Positions 10,597 to 18,710 of a stretch of 64,000 nt of DNA are shown piece by piece. The translations under genes were made by a program, and so were the position numbers. The stretch lies in the NCBI GenBank assembly GCA_003104995.1, contig PQAO01000027.1, positions 100,799 through 164,798 on the forward strand, read 5' to 3'. Under the pieces are notes generated by a model. That model had not been told where the DNA came from. It worked only from the letters and a program-made list of their open reading frames with translations, and made no database searches. Source of the stretch: Dehalococcoidia bacterium. Lineage in GTDB: Bacteria > Chloroflexota > Dehalococcoidia > Tepidiformales > Tepidiformaceae. The stretch's first letter is position 1, and each line of letters opens with the position of its first letter.

Positions 10597-11478
10597 ATGA
10601 GCGATCTGATTCATACCGACCATCGCATCTTCGTGAGCTACATCGACAAGTCGCGTCAGTACTACGCCGCCCAGGGGTACACGAACCCCTACCGCTGGGC
10701 ATACCACCAGGACGCGCCATTCGCGCCACTCCGTAAGCCGCTTGTCGAAGCGCGAATCGGGCTCGTCACGACCGCAAGCATCGTAGACGGCGAGGTGGAG
10801 CCAGCGCCGTTCTCGGTCCCGAAAGTGGTCTTTTCGGCGCCCACCGACCCCGCTCCCGAAGGCCTGTACACGATGCACCGGTCGTGGGACAAGGTCGCCA
10901 CGCACACGGACGACCTGGACTCGTACCTCCCGATTCACCGGCTGCAAGAGGCCGCCGCGGCCAGGAGGATTGGCTCGCTTTCGCCGCGGTACTACGGCGC
11001 GCCCACGGAGTACAGCCAGCGCAAGACTAACGAAATCGACGCGCCGGAGATCCGGCGCCTGTGCCGCGAGGATGGCGTCGATGCGGCCCTGCTGGTCGCC
11101 CTCTGACCGGTCTGCCACCAGACCGTGAGTCTGGTCGCCCGGCATCTCGAACAGGCCGGTATCCCCACGGTTGTTGTGGGTTCGGCGCGGGACATCGTCG
11201 AGCAATGCGGAGTCCCCCGGTTCCTTTTCACCGACTTCCCGCTCGGGAATCCCTGCGGCGCCCCCTACGACGTTGCGATGCAGTCGGCCATTGTAGAAAT
11301 GGCGCTGGAACTCGTCGAATCGGCGAAGGCCCCGCGCACCACCGTCCAAACGCCGTTCCGCTGGCGTAACGATGACTGGCGGCGGGATTTCATGCGCGTG
11401 GACGGGGAGGACATCGACGAACTGCGGCGGCTCGGGGACGAGCGCCGAGCGGAGCAGGCCGCCAGCCACCGCGGGTGA
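10597..11478 (+). CDS. GrdB/PrdB-family (glycine/betaine/sarcosine/D-proline reductase component B-like) protein with an in-frame TGA, probably selenocysteine
   Basis: Track ORFs 10597..11106 and 11125..11478 are in the same frame and are separated only by the TGA at 11104-11106. Read-through gives ...DGVDAALLVAL-U-PVCHQTVSLVARHLEQAGIPTVVVGS..., a UxxC motif followed by the conserved 'GIPTV' segment of this family. The second ORF has only an internal GTG as a start. Confidence 0.7.
11114..11138 (+). promoter_or_regulatory. SECIS-like stem-loop downstream of the in-frame UGA
   Basis: ACCAGAC (11117-11123) pairs perfectly with GTCTGGT (11129-11135) around the loop CGUGA. The stem starts 10 nt after the UGA and can be extended by G11114-C11138 and C11115-G11137 across a C/C mismatch. 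A competing hairpin is CGGTCTG/ccac/CAGACCG (11109-11126). Confidence 0.45.
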
Positions 11479-11484
11479 CTCCCA

Positions 11485-13920
11485 TCAGGCCTGGGTCTTA
11501 TCTTTCCCGACGGCGGTGCTCAGTTCCTCCAGCACCGCCGTTACCTTCGCGAAGAGCGTTCCGACCGGGTAGTTGCCGAGCGAGTCCCGGGCACCGGCGG
11601 AGACACCCGTGACAAGTTCGATCGCCTCCTCCGCCCGGTCGGCGGCCCAGATATGGAAACGCCCGTCGCGGACGGCGTCCACCACGTCGGGGCGCAGCGT
11701 GAGGTGGACGCTGTTGGGCGCGGGGATGATAACGCCCTGGGTGCCGGTCAGTCCTCGAGCGTTACACACGTCGAAGAAGCCCTCGACCTTCTCGGTCACC
11801 CCGCCAACCGCCTGGATGCGCCCGAACTGGTCGACGGAACCGGTGACGGCGATGTCCTGGCGGATGGGTACCCCGGCAAGCGCGCACAGGATGACGATAA
11901 GCTCGGCGCAGGACGCGCTATCGCCTTCTACCTCGTCGTAACTCTGTTCGAAGGTGATGCTGGCTGTGAATGCGAGCGGCTGGTCGTGGCCGAACGTGCC
12001 GGTCAGGTAACCATTCAAAACCAACACGCCCTTGCTGTGGATGGCGCCACTGCGTTCGACTTCGCGTTCGATGGCGACGACGCCCTGGCGGCCAACCCCG
12101 GTCCGGCAACTGATGCGCATCGGTGTGCCGAAGGCGTGCGTGCCGACCTGGTAGACGGCGAGGCCGTTGATTTGCCCGGCAACCAGGCCGTCGGTCTCCA
12201 CGCGGCGGGTGCCTTCGAGGATCATTTCGCGCAGCCGGTCGGGGATCATGCTCGCCCTACCCCTGCGGGTGTCGATGGCCTTCAGGACGTGAGCGAGTTC
12301 GATGGTGGCCGATCCGTTGCTCGAAGCGAGGTGGGCCGCTTCCTTGCAGAGGTCGCTGAGTTGCCCGAAGCGGGTGCTCAGGCGGTCCTGCCGTCCGGCG
12401 AGGCGGGTGCTGAAGTGGAGCAGTTCCTCAAGGGCGTCGCGCGTGAACGGGCTGATGCTGCATTCATCGGTTACACGGCGCACAAAGCGGACATGGGCAG
12501 CGATGGTTCTGGCATCCACCGGTGCGTCAGGTTCGAACTCGGCGCGCACCTTGAAGAGCCTGCGGAACTCAGGGTCAAGCATCTCGACCATGGCCATGGT
12601 CAGCGGCTCGCCGATGAGCACGACTTTGCCCGAAAAGGGGACCCCTTCTGGTGCAAGGTTGACCGCCGGCATGGGCGTCAGCAGATCGCCTACACCCTCG
12701 ACATGCAGTTCGCGGGTCTTCAGGGTTCGCTTCAACATCAACCACGCACGGGGATCGAACAGCACATCTTCGAGCTGCAGCACCAGGAAGCCGCCGTTGG
12801 CGCGGTGAAGAGCGCCGGGGCGAATGTGGGTGAAGTCGGTGGTGAAGGAACCGAAGTGGGCTTCATAGTCGATCCGGCCGAGGAGGTTGTGGTAGGTAGG
12901 GTTGCGCTCCTCGACCACCGGCGCGCCCTTGTCCGTGTCCGCCTGGGAAACCAGGAGGTTGGCACTGTAGCGCCGGAGCAATGCCTCCCGTTCGGCGGTG
13001 ACCTGGGCGACGAGCTGGGCGGGCAGCTGGCTGAGTGCTCCCTGGGAGATCGCCTTGAACTGGGCCAGGTTCGCCATGATGTCGTCCTGGATGGCCTTGA
13101 AGTGGGCGCTGAGGTCGAACGGGCCGTAGCGTTCGTTCAGTTCCTCGATGATGTGCGCGACCACAAACGCCGCCACGTCCTGGTCCAACCGGGTGATTGC
13201 GTCTCGTGCGGAGGCGTCGAGCTTCCGAAGGTCACGCAGCGCCTGGTCCACCAATCCCTCGACAAACTCGCTGCGCTTCTCGATCTGGCCGCGCATGTCG
13301 CTGGGGAGCCCGGCGAGCACTTCCGGAGCGAGCGGCCGGCCATCCTTCCCGAGGGGCACGATCGCGAAGCCCATTGCCGTCATGTTGACGGCGAATCCCT
13401 GGGATGATGCGGCCCGCTGCATCTCCTCGATGGTGTTCTCACGGACCTTGTTCAGCGGCTCCAGCACAGCCTTCACGCGCTCCTGGTACGAGTCGCTCTC
13501 GAACGCCTGGGGGATGTTGTTCCGGCAGGCATCGGCGAGCGCGGCGAGGTCGTGATGAAGACGCGCGCCGAACCCGTCCGGGAGCGCGGCCGCCCTGGGA
13601 TGCGACGGGTCCGAGAAGTTGTGGAGGTAGACCCAATCCTGGCCGTTCGCCGCAACCGCCGCGGCAGCGTGGACCAGCTGCCGCGCGGCCGTGGTCCGCC
13701 CCGACCCGGGAAGCCCGGAGATGGCGATGTTGTACCCTTCGGCATCGATCCCGAGGCCGAAGGCGATGGCCTCCTGGGCGCGGTCCTGGCCAGTCAGGCG
13801 GTCGAGCGGCGCCACCTGGGCGCTGGATTCCGGGATCAGCGAGAGGTCCAGCACGGCGCGGAGCTGTTCGTGCCCGAGTTCCGCAGGTAGGCCGCCCGGC
13901 CGGGCTTGGGGAGATGCCAC
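11485..13920 (-). CDS. Lon-like protease, LonC-type (degenerate AAA-like domain plus S16 Ser-Lys protease domain)
   Basis: The C-terminal Lon protease signature GDSASCAELIVILCALAGVPIRQDIAVTGSVDQFGRIQAVGGVTEKVEGF carries the catalytic Ser and Lys. The N-terminal P-loop-like GLPGSGRTT has Arg where the Walker A Lys is expected. Confidence 0.85.
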   Translation of the reverse strand: MASPQARPGGLPAELGHEQLRAVLDLSLIPESSAQVAPLDRLTGQDRAQEAIAFGLGIDAEGYNIAISGLPGSGRTTAARQLVHAAAAVAANGQDWVYLHNFSDPSHPRAAALPDGFGARLHHDLAALADACRNNIPQAFESDSYQERVKAVLEPLNKVRENTIEEMQRAASSQGFAVNMTAMGFAIVPLGKDGRPLAPEVLAGLPSDMRGQIEKRSEFVEGLVDQALRDLRKLDASARDAITRLDQDVAAFVVAHIIEELNERYGPFDLSAHFKAIQDDIMANLAQFKAISQGALSQLPAQLVAQVTAEREALLRRYSANLLVSQADTDKGAPVVEERNPTYHNLLGRIDYEAHFGSFTTDFTHIRPGALHRANGGFLVLQLEDVLFDPRAWLMLKRTLKTRELHVEGVGDLLTPMPAVNLAPEGVPFSGKVVLIGEPLTMAMVEMLDPEFRRLFKVRAEFEPDAPVDARTIAAHVRFVRRVTDECSISPFTRDALEELLHFSTRLAGRQDRLSTRFGQLSDLCKEAAHLASSNGSATIELAHVLKAIDTRRGRASMIPDRLREMILEGTRRVETDGLVAGQINGLAVYQVGTHAFGTPMRISCRTGVGRQGVVAIEREVERSGAIHSKGVLVLNGYLTGTFGHDQPLAFTASITFEQSYDEVEGDSASCAELIVILCALAGVPIRQDIAVTGSVDQFGRIQAVGGVTEKVEGFFDVCNARGLTGTQGVIIPAPNSVHLTLRPDVVDAVRDGRFHIWAADRAEEAIELVTGVSAGARDSLGNYPVGTLFAKVTAVLEELSTAVGKDKTQA

Positions 13921-13999
13921 AGGTTTCCCTCCTCGGGGGAAGCCCGGGGAACGGGCCCCGACAAGGATAGCGCGGCGCTGGCGAGCGGGCAGGAGCGTA

Positions 14000-14050
14000 T
14001 TGACAAGCCGCCGGCCCCGAAATTATTGTGAATAGCAACTCACTTATCAC
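14000..14050 (+). promoter_or_regulatory. Candidate sigma-70-type promoter and TetR operator
   Basis: TTGACA (14000-14005), an 18-nt spacer, then TATTGT (14024-14029). The imperfect inverted repeat GTGAATAG (14028-14035) / CTTATCAC (14043-14050) overlaps it. All of this lies just upstream of the ATG at 14061 and is unusually AT-rich for this sequence. Confidence 0.35.
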
Positions 14051-14060
14051 TGTGACACCG

Positions 14061-14834
14061 ATGCGACAACGAGCACCCAAACGGCCAGCCGCCGAACGCA
14101 AGCGCCTCATTCTCGAGAGCGCGGAGAGTGTGTTCGCGGAGTCAGGCTATTCGAACTCCGGCACCGAGCAGGTCGCCCGCGCGGCGGGTGTGTCGGCGGC
14201 GGCGCTGTACCGCTACTTCCCCAGCAAGCGTGACCTCTACCTGGCGACTCTGCGGAACGCGGGCCCCCGCTTGCAGGCGCTCTGGGCCGAACAGGCCCGG
14301 CAAGCGGCGGACCCGCTCGAGGCCGTCCGGCGACTGGGGCTGGAGTACTACGACCACCTCCAGGGCCGGTCATCCTATGCCCGCCTCTGGTTCCAGGCCC
14401 TTGGCGACGCCGACGACCCGGACGTGCGCGAAGCCATCGCGGCCAACTTCACGGGGATGGTCGACGTGATTGCCGGGCTGATCGCCACGGCACAGGCTCG
14501 CGGACTCGCCCGCAAGGACATCGATCCGCGGATCGCAGCCTGGCACTTCATGGCCATCGGTTTCACCTTCGACCTGGTTCATCACCTCGCGCTGGACGGT
14601 GAGCTGGACCGCGGGCGGGTCGAGGCCTGGGGCCACCTGTTTATCGACTCCCTTCGCGAGGCACCTCATGAACCCCCGAAGCGCACGAACACAAGAGCAC
14701 CGAGACGAGCGCTGCCTGTGCGGCAACCTGGTGGCGAGGATCTCGCCGGAAGGGGTGGAGATCCTCTGCCGCCGGTGCCGGAGAGTGCACACGATTCCCT
14801 GGGAACTGCATATGGGGGAGGCGCGGATGACTGA
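14061..14834 (+). CDS. TetR/AcrR family transcriptional regulator
   Basis: Contains the HTH RKRLILESAESVFAESGYSNSGTEQVARAAGVSAAALYRYFPSKRDLY. The last ~55 aa are low-complexity and overlap an alternative-frame zinc-ribbon ORF, so the true C-terminus is uncertain. Confidence 0.8.
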   Translation: MRQRAPKRPAAERKRLILESAESVFAESGYSNSGTEQVARAAGVSAAALYRYFPSKRDLYLATLRNAGPRLQALWAEQARQAADPLEAVRRLGLEYYDHLQGRSSYARLWFQALGDADDPDVREAIAANFTGMVDVIAGLIATAQARGLARKDIDPRIAAWHFMAIGFTFDLVHHLALDGELDRGRVEAWGHLFIDSLREAPHEPPKRTNTRAPRRALPVRQPGGEDLAGRGGDPLPPVPESAHDSLGTAYGGGADD

Positions 14835-14856
14835 CGCCGCAGTGGCAACCCGGTAG
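14668..14856 (+). CDS. Possible small Com-like zinc-ribbon protein (alternative frame, overlaps the TetR 3' end)
   Basis: RCLCGNLVARISPEGVEILCRRCRRVHTI follows the CxC-x(n)-EI-x-C-x-x-C pattern of Mu Com-type zinc ribbons. The call rests on this motif only. Confidence 0.35.
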   Translation: MNPRSARTQEHRDERCLCGNLVARISPEGVEILCRRCRRVHTIPWELHMGEARMTDAAVATR

Positions 14857-14965
14857 CACCGAAGCAGAGGCCAGAGGTCATGAACCCAGAGCCCGGACGA
14901 ACCGCATACATGCGCGGTTTGCCCGGGCTTTTCGCTTTTCAACAGCAGAGACACAGGAGGCACAC

Positions 14966-15472
14966 ATGGACAGCTCGCAACTCGACCCGAAAACCCGGGA
15001 GGACATGATCCGCCGGGCCTGGTATGCCCACGACGCCCGCTGGTTCGCGGCGGTGGCCGCTGAGTACGGGATGGAAGTGGCGAATCGCCTCAACCGGGCT
15101 GCGGTCCGAGCGGTGGGCCAGATAGAGGCGGGGCGCCTGGCGCGCGCTCTCGGCAAACAGCGAGCCGAAAACGTGGAGGAGTTCCTCGAATTCCTGCAGA
15201 GCGGGCTCGACCTGTACGTTGCGCCACCGTTGATGGAAATGGAGCTCCGCAAAAACGATGAGCGGAGCTACGAAGTCACCGTGAACGACTGTTTCGTCCA
15301 CACCAACATCGCAAAGGCAGGGATCACCGGCACCTATGAGTGCGCGGTCTGGGACCGTGTTCAGGGATATCACGAGGCGCTCGGGCAGTCGCTCCAAGAC
15401 GGTCAACTTGCGGGCGCCACCTGCGTCAGGGCGCGCGGCCAGGAATGCCGCCGCGTGCTCACCATCAAGTAA
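14966..15472 (+). CDS. Hypothetical protein (possibly ATC-hydrolase-like fold)
   Basis: A clean ORF with balanced composition, upstream of and on the same strand as the acyl-CoA dehydrogenase. The function is not recognised with any confidence. Confidence 0.5.
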   Translation: MDSSQLDPKTREDMIRRAWYAHDARWFAAVAAEYGMEVANRLNRAAVRAVGQIEAGRLARALGKQRAENVEEFLEFLQSGLDLYVAPPLMEMELRKNDERSYEVTVNDCFVHTNIAKAGITGTYECAVWDRVQGYHEALGQSLQDGQLAGATCVRARGQECRRVLTIK

Positions 15473-15486
15473 CCAGGAGGACTACG

Positions 15487-16650
15487 TTGAACCACGACTC
15501 GACCACCCAGTACGAGCCGCTTCGCCAGGCGGTCCGGCACTACGTTACCGAGGAGGTGATCCCGCTCGAGCGCGAGCACGGACTCACCTGGAACATCGCA
15601 CCGCCGAAGGACCTGCGCCGCAAGGTACGCCTCCGGGCGAAGGAACTGGGCCTCTACGCCCCGGAAATGCCTGAGGCGGTTGGGGGAGCGGGGCTGCCGT
15701 TCCTTGGGCGGTGCATCATGGAGATGGAGCTCCACTCCCACGACACCGTCTTCTTCGAGGATGTGCTCGGCGGCGGGGGTGGCCCGACACCCATCCTGCT
15801 CGCGGGCACCCGGGCCCAGCAGGACCGCTTCCTCGCCCCCTTGATGGCGGGCGAGACCACCACCTGCTTCGCGCTCTCGGAACCGGATGCAGGCTCGGAC
15901 GCGAGCAACCTCCGTACGCGAGCAGTCCCCGCGGAAGGTGGATTCGTCGTCGATGGCACCAAGAACATCGTGAGCAACGGTCCCCAGGCCGACTTCGGGA
16001 TTGTCTTCGCGATGGCGATGGGCGCGGACGGCCCGGCCGGCGTGACGGCCTTGCTCATCGACAGCACCGCCCCGGGTTATGACAACTCCCGTAGTCACAC
16101 CTGCATGGGCTTCACCGGGTTCCAGGGAGAGATTGCGTTGATCGATGTCCGGGTCGGTGCGGATGCCGTGCTCGGCGAGGTCGGCAGGGGTTTCGCCCTG
16201 GCCATGGACTGGATCAACGCCAACCGTATCCGGACGGCGGCGATGGCGACGGGCATCGCACGCCGGGCTTTGGCGCGGAGCTCGGCGTATGCCATGCAAC
16301 GCAGGCAGTTCGGCGCCCCCATCGCCAGCTTCCAGGCGATCCAGCTCAAGCTGGCCGAGATGGCTACTGAGCTCTACGCGGCCGAGTCGATCGTCACAAG
16401 GTCAGCATGGATGAAGGACGAGGGGCAGGATATCCGCCAGGTATCGGCGATGACGAAGCTGTACGCCTCGGAGATGGTGAATCGCCATGCGTACGAAGCA
16501 GTACAGATCCACGGGGGAATCGGGTGCCTCGAGGAAACCGGAATCGAGCGCATCTACCGTATGGTGCGCATTCTGACCATCCTCGAGGGGACGTCCGAGA
16601 TGATGAGGCTCACGGTCGCGGACCGGTTGCTGAAGGCGGCACCGCGATAG
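15487..16650 (+). CDS. Acyl-CoA dehydrogenase
   Basis: Shows ACAD motifs (CFALSEPDAGSDASNLRTRA, QIHGGIGCLEE, EGTSEMMRL). The TTG at 15487 lies 6 nt after AGGAGG (15475-15480). The upstream part of the track ORF overlaps the preceding gene. Confidence 0.9.
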   Translation: MNHDSTTQYEPLRQAVRHYVTEEVIPLEREHGLTWNIAPPKDLRRKVRLRAKELGLYAPEMPEAVGGAGLPFLGRCIMEMELHSHDTVFFEDVLGGGGGPTPILLAGTRAQQDRFLAPLMAGETTTCFALSEPDAGSDASNLRTRAVPAEGGFVVDGTKNIVSNGPQADFGIVFAMAMGADGPAGVTALLIDSTAPGYDNSRSHTCMGFTGFQGEIALIDVRVGADAVLGEVGRGFALAMDWINANRIRTAAMATGIARRALARSSAYAMQRRQFGAPIASFQAIQLKLAEMATELYAAESIVTRSAWMKDEGQDIRQVSAMTKLYASEMVNRHAYEAVQIHGGIGCLEETGIERIYRMVRILTILEGTSEMMRLTVADRLLKAAPR

Positions 16651-16678
16651 CCGAAGCCGCCGAGGGGGAGTGGTGGGC

Positions 16679-16728
16679 CCGCCGGGATTCGAACCCAGGA
16701 CCAATCGGTTATGAGCCGGTTGCCAGTG
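16679..16728. repeat. attL: 50-bp direct repeat, a partial copy of the 3' half of tRNA-Met
   Basis: AGTGGTGGGCCCGCCGGGATTCGAACCCAGGACCAATCGGTTATGAGCCG is identical to 24854-24903. The sequence diverges immediately on both sides, and no D-arm or 5' acceptor follows, so it is not a functional tRNA. Confidence 0.85.
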
Positions 16729-16822
16729 GGAATCCAGATTCGAATCCAGCCCCTCGCCACAGACACGCCACAATTTCAGGAACAGCAGTGGCCGCCTCGG
16801 AAGACTTTCGGAGGTGGTCACC

Positions 16823-17959
16823 ATGTCACGGCGAGGAAACAACGAAGGCACGATTCGGCAACGCGCGGACGGCAAATGGGAGGCGGCTGTACAGTTCAAT
16901 GGGCGCCGCCACTGGCTAAGGGCGGCCAGCCAGGCGGAGGCGCGGCGCGGGCTCGCGGAACTCCGCCGGAAGCATGCGACGGGGGAATTGGTCCCGCCAT
17001 CGCGCCTGACCGTCGCTGAACACCTTGGGACATGGTTGGAGGTCGCTGGCGCCGACCTTCGACCGCGAACGCGCGTGGACTACGAATGGGTGACGCGCAC
17101 GTTCCTGATCCCCGCATTCGGCCACGTCCGCCTGCAACGTCTCACGCCCGCGATGGTTGCCCTCGAATTCGCACGGTTGAACACGGCCGGGACCCACAGC
17201 CCGAAAACGAGGTTGAACGCGTTTCGGACGTTCCATCGTGCCCTGACGGTCGCCCGCTATTGGGGGCTGATTGGCACCAACCCGCTTGACGCGGTAGAGG
17301 CGCCGAAGGCTTCCCGGTCCGCGCCGTCCATCTGGTCACGCGACGAAGCCGAGACGTTCCTTGCTGCCCTACAGCCGGGCGCGTGGGATGCGACGCTGTT
17401 TCTCATCCTCGCCGGTACGGGCTGCCGCATCGGGGAAGCCCTGGCCGCCCGGTGGGACGACTTCGACCGCGACACCGGCGCCCTGACCATTCGGAGGAAC
17501 ATCGTCACGATCCACGGCGCCTACGTGGAAGGGGATCCGAAGACCCAGGCCGGGAAGCGAACCGTCGTTTTGCCGGGCTTCGCCATCGATGGCCTGAAAG
17601 CGTGGCGCCCGGCGCAACTGGCCCAACGCCTGGCCGCAGGCCCATCGTGGCGCGACAGCGGCCGGATCATCACGCTTTCAGACGGGGAAAGCCCGGCGCA
17701 CCACATCGCGTATTCTCGCTTCAAAGGCACCTGTGGCGCGGCTGGAGTCCCGAAGACGCGCATGCACGACCTGAGACACTTGCACGCCTCTTTCTTGCTG
17801 TCAGCGGGCCTGCCCTTGCCAGCGGTGTCCGCCCGGCTGGGCCACGCGAACCCGGCCATCACAGCCCGCTTCTATGCCCACGCGCTGGCTGGCGTAGACT
17901 CCGCCGCGGCCACGGCGATTGACGGACTCGCGACTAGGCCGGCGGCTGCGTCTGGCTGA
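16823..17959 (+). CDS. int: Tyrosine-type site-specific recombinase (phage integrase family)
   Basis: The catalytic residues are readable: TGCRIGEA (Arg), MHDLRHLHAS (HxxR) and LGHANPAITARFYAH (His...Tyr). The N-terminal GNNEGTIRQRADGKWEA is an AP2-like arm-binding motif. GGAGG lies 8 nt before the ATG at 16823. Confidence 0.9.
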   Translation: MSRRGNNEGTIRQRADGKWEAAVQFNGRRHWLRAASQAEARRGLAELRRKHATGELVPPSRLTVAEHLGTWLEVAGADLRPRTRVDYEWVTRTFLIPAFGHVRLQRLTPAMVALEFARLNTAGTHSPKTRLNAFRTFHRALTVARYWGLIGTNPLDAVEAPKASRSAPSIWSRDEAETFLAALQPGAWDATLFLILAGTGCRIGEALAARWDDFDRDTGALTIRRNIVTIHGAYVEGDPKTQAGKRTVVLPGFAIDGLKAWRPAQLAQRLAAGPSWRDSGRIITLSDGESPAHHIAYSRFKGTCGAAGVPKTRMHDLRHLHASFLLSAGLPLPAVSARLGHANPAITARFYAHALAGVDSAAATAIDGLATRPAAASG

Positions 17960-18639
17960 CGCTTGCCCGCCAACCCGGTCACGTCGGAATACCATCGTTG
18001 GTGGGCGCTTTCCAATCCCGCGGCAAGGAGTTCATCGGTGACATCGTCGGGGATTTCCTCCGGCGGTCGGCAGACGTATTCGCACTCGTCGCGGCCCCCG
18101 AAAGTCGCCACCACGTCGTCAGGACGGATCAGCCTGCGGTAAATCCTCCCTTCCGCACGACCCCGCATGTTCGTGAACGCGTACGCGACGGCCGGATCGA
18201 TGGTCCAACTGATTCCGTTCCACGCATTCGGGCGACACCCGCGATACACAACTGTTGGCGCATCCGGGCGAGGCAGGGCGGGATCGAAGACGGGGAATCG
18301 TTGGAACAGTTCCAACACGTCCTCATCATCGATGAAGATTCCCTGACTGTTGAGCCTAGGAACGCCCTCGCTACCCTCCCAACCCTCTTTGACCAGTGCG
18401 TGTAGGAAGGGGTCCGATGGATGGTTGACCCACTTCCGTCCCCACCTCACGCAGCACCCCGGAAACGCATACCAGTACACGAACGGGAAGCGCTGACCGG
18501 AAGACAGGTAGAAAAGTAGATCTCCGGCATCCCTGGCCGCCCACGCTTGGAGGGCCTGCTTGCGCAAGAGAGGATGGAACCATTGGGCAATCTGGTTGGG
18601 GTGCGGTTCGGTGAACCGTTCGCGGGCGCGAGAAGGCAT
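17872..18639 (-). CDS. Hypothetical island cargo protein with an R / S-x-T / E-x-E (ADP-ribosyltransferase-like) pattern
   Basis: The ATG at 18639 is preceded by GAAAGGA. The C-terminal half reads VVYRG-x10-SWTIDPAVAYAF-x29-FGGRDECEYV. The 3' end overlaps the convergent integrase by 88 nt. The functional assignment is speculative. Confidence 0.45.
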   Translation of the reverse strand: MPSRARERFTEPHPNQIAQWFHPLLRKQALQAWAARDAGDLLFYLSSGQRFPFVYWYAFPGCCVRWGRKWVNHPSDPFLHALVKEGWEGSEGVPRLNSQGIFIDDEDVLELFQRFPVFDPALPRPDAPTVVYRGCRPNAWNGISWTIDPAVAYAFTNMRGRAEGRIYRRLIRPDDVVATFGGRDECEYVCRPPEEIPDDVTDELLAAGLESAHQRWYSDVTGLAGKRQPDAAAGLVASPSIAVAAAESTPASAWA

Positions 18640-18710
18640 AACGTCCTTTCCCCGTTGCGGGGCTGGCGTGTACCTCCACGGGGAAGCTTGCGGCGGTCCT
18701 CTCTCGCCAG

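Noticed and set aside
11653-13407. A 584-aa + strand ORF inside the Lon-like protease gene.
   Set aside because: It is antisense to a gene with clear Lon protease signatures, has no motifs of its own and has high-GC artefact composition.
15340-15486. An upstream extension of the acyl-CoA dehydrogenase ORF.
   Set aside because: It overlaps the 3' end of the preceding gene in another frame and is Arg/Pro-rich. A TTG with a perfect AGGAGG SD at 15487 matches the usual ACAD N-terminus length.
16740-16772. A tRNA-like 3' end (GATTCGAATCCAGCCCCTCGCCA) next to attL, considered as a second tRNA gene or fragment.
   Set aside because: The would-be T-stem halves (CCAGA/CCAGC) do not pair and no acceptor partner exists. 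It is reported only as a repeat/scar observation, not as a tRNA.
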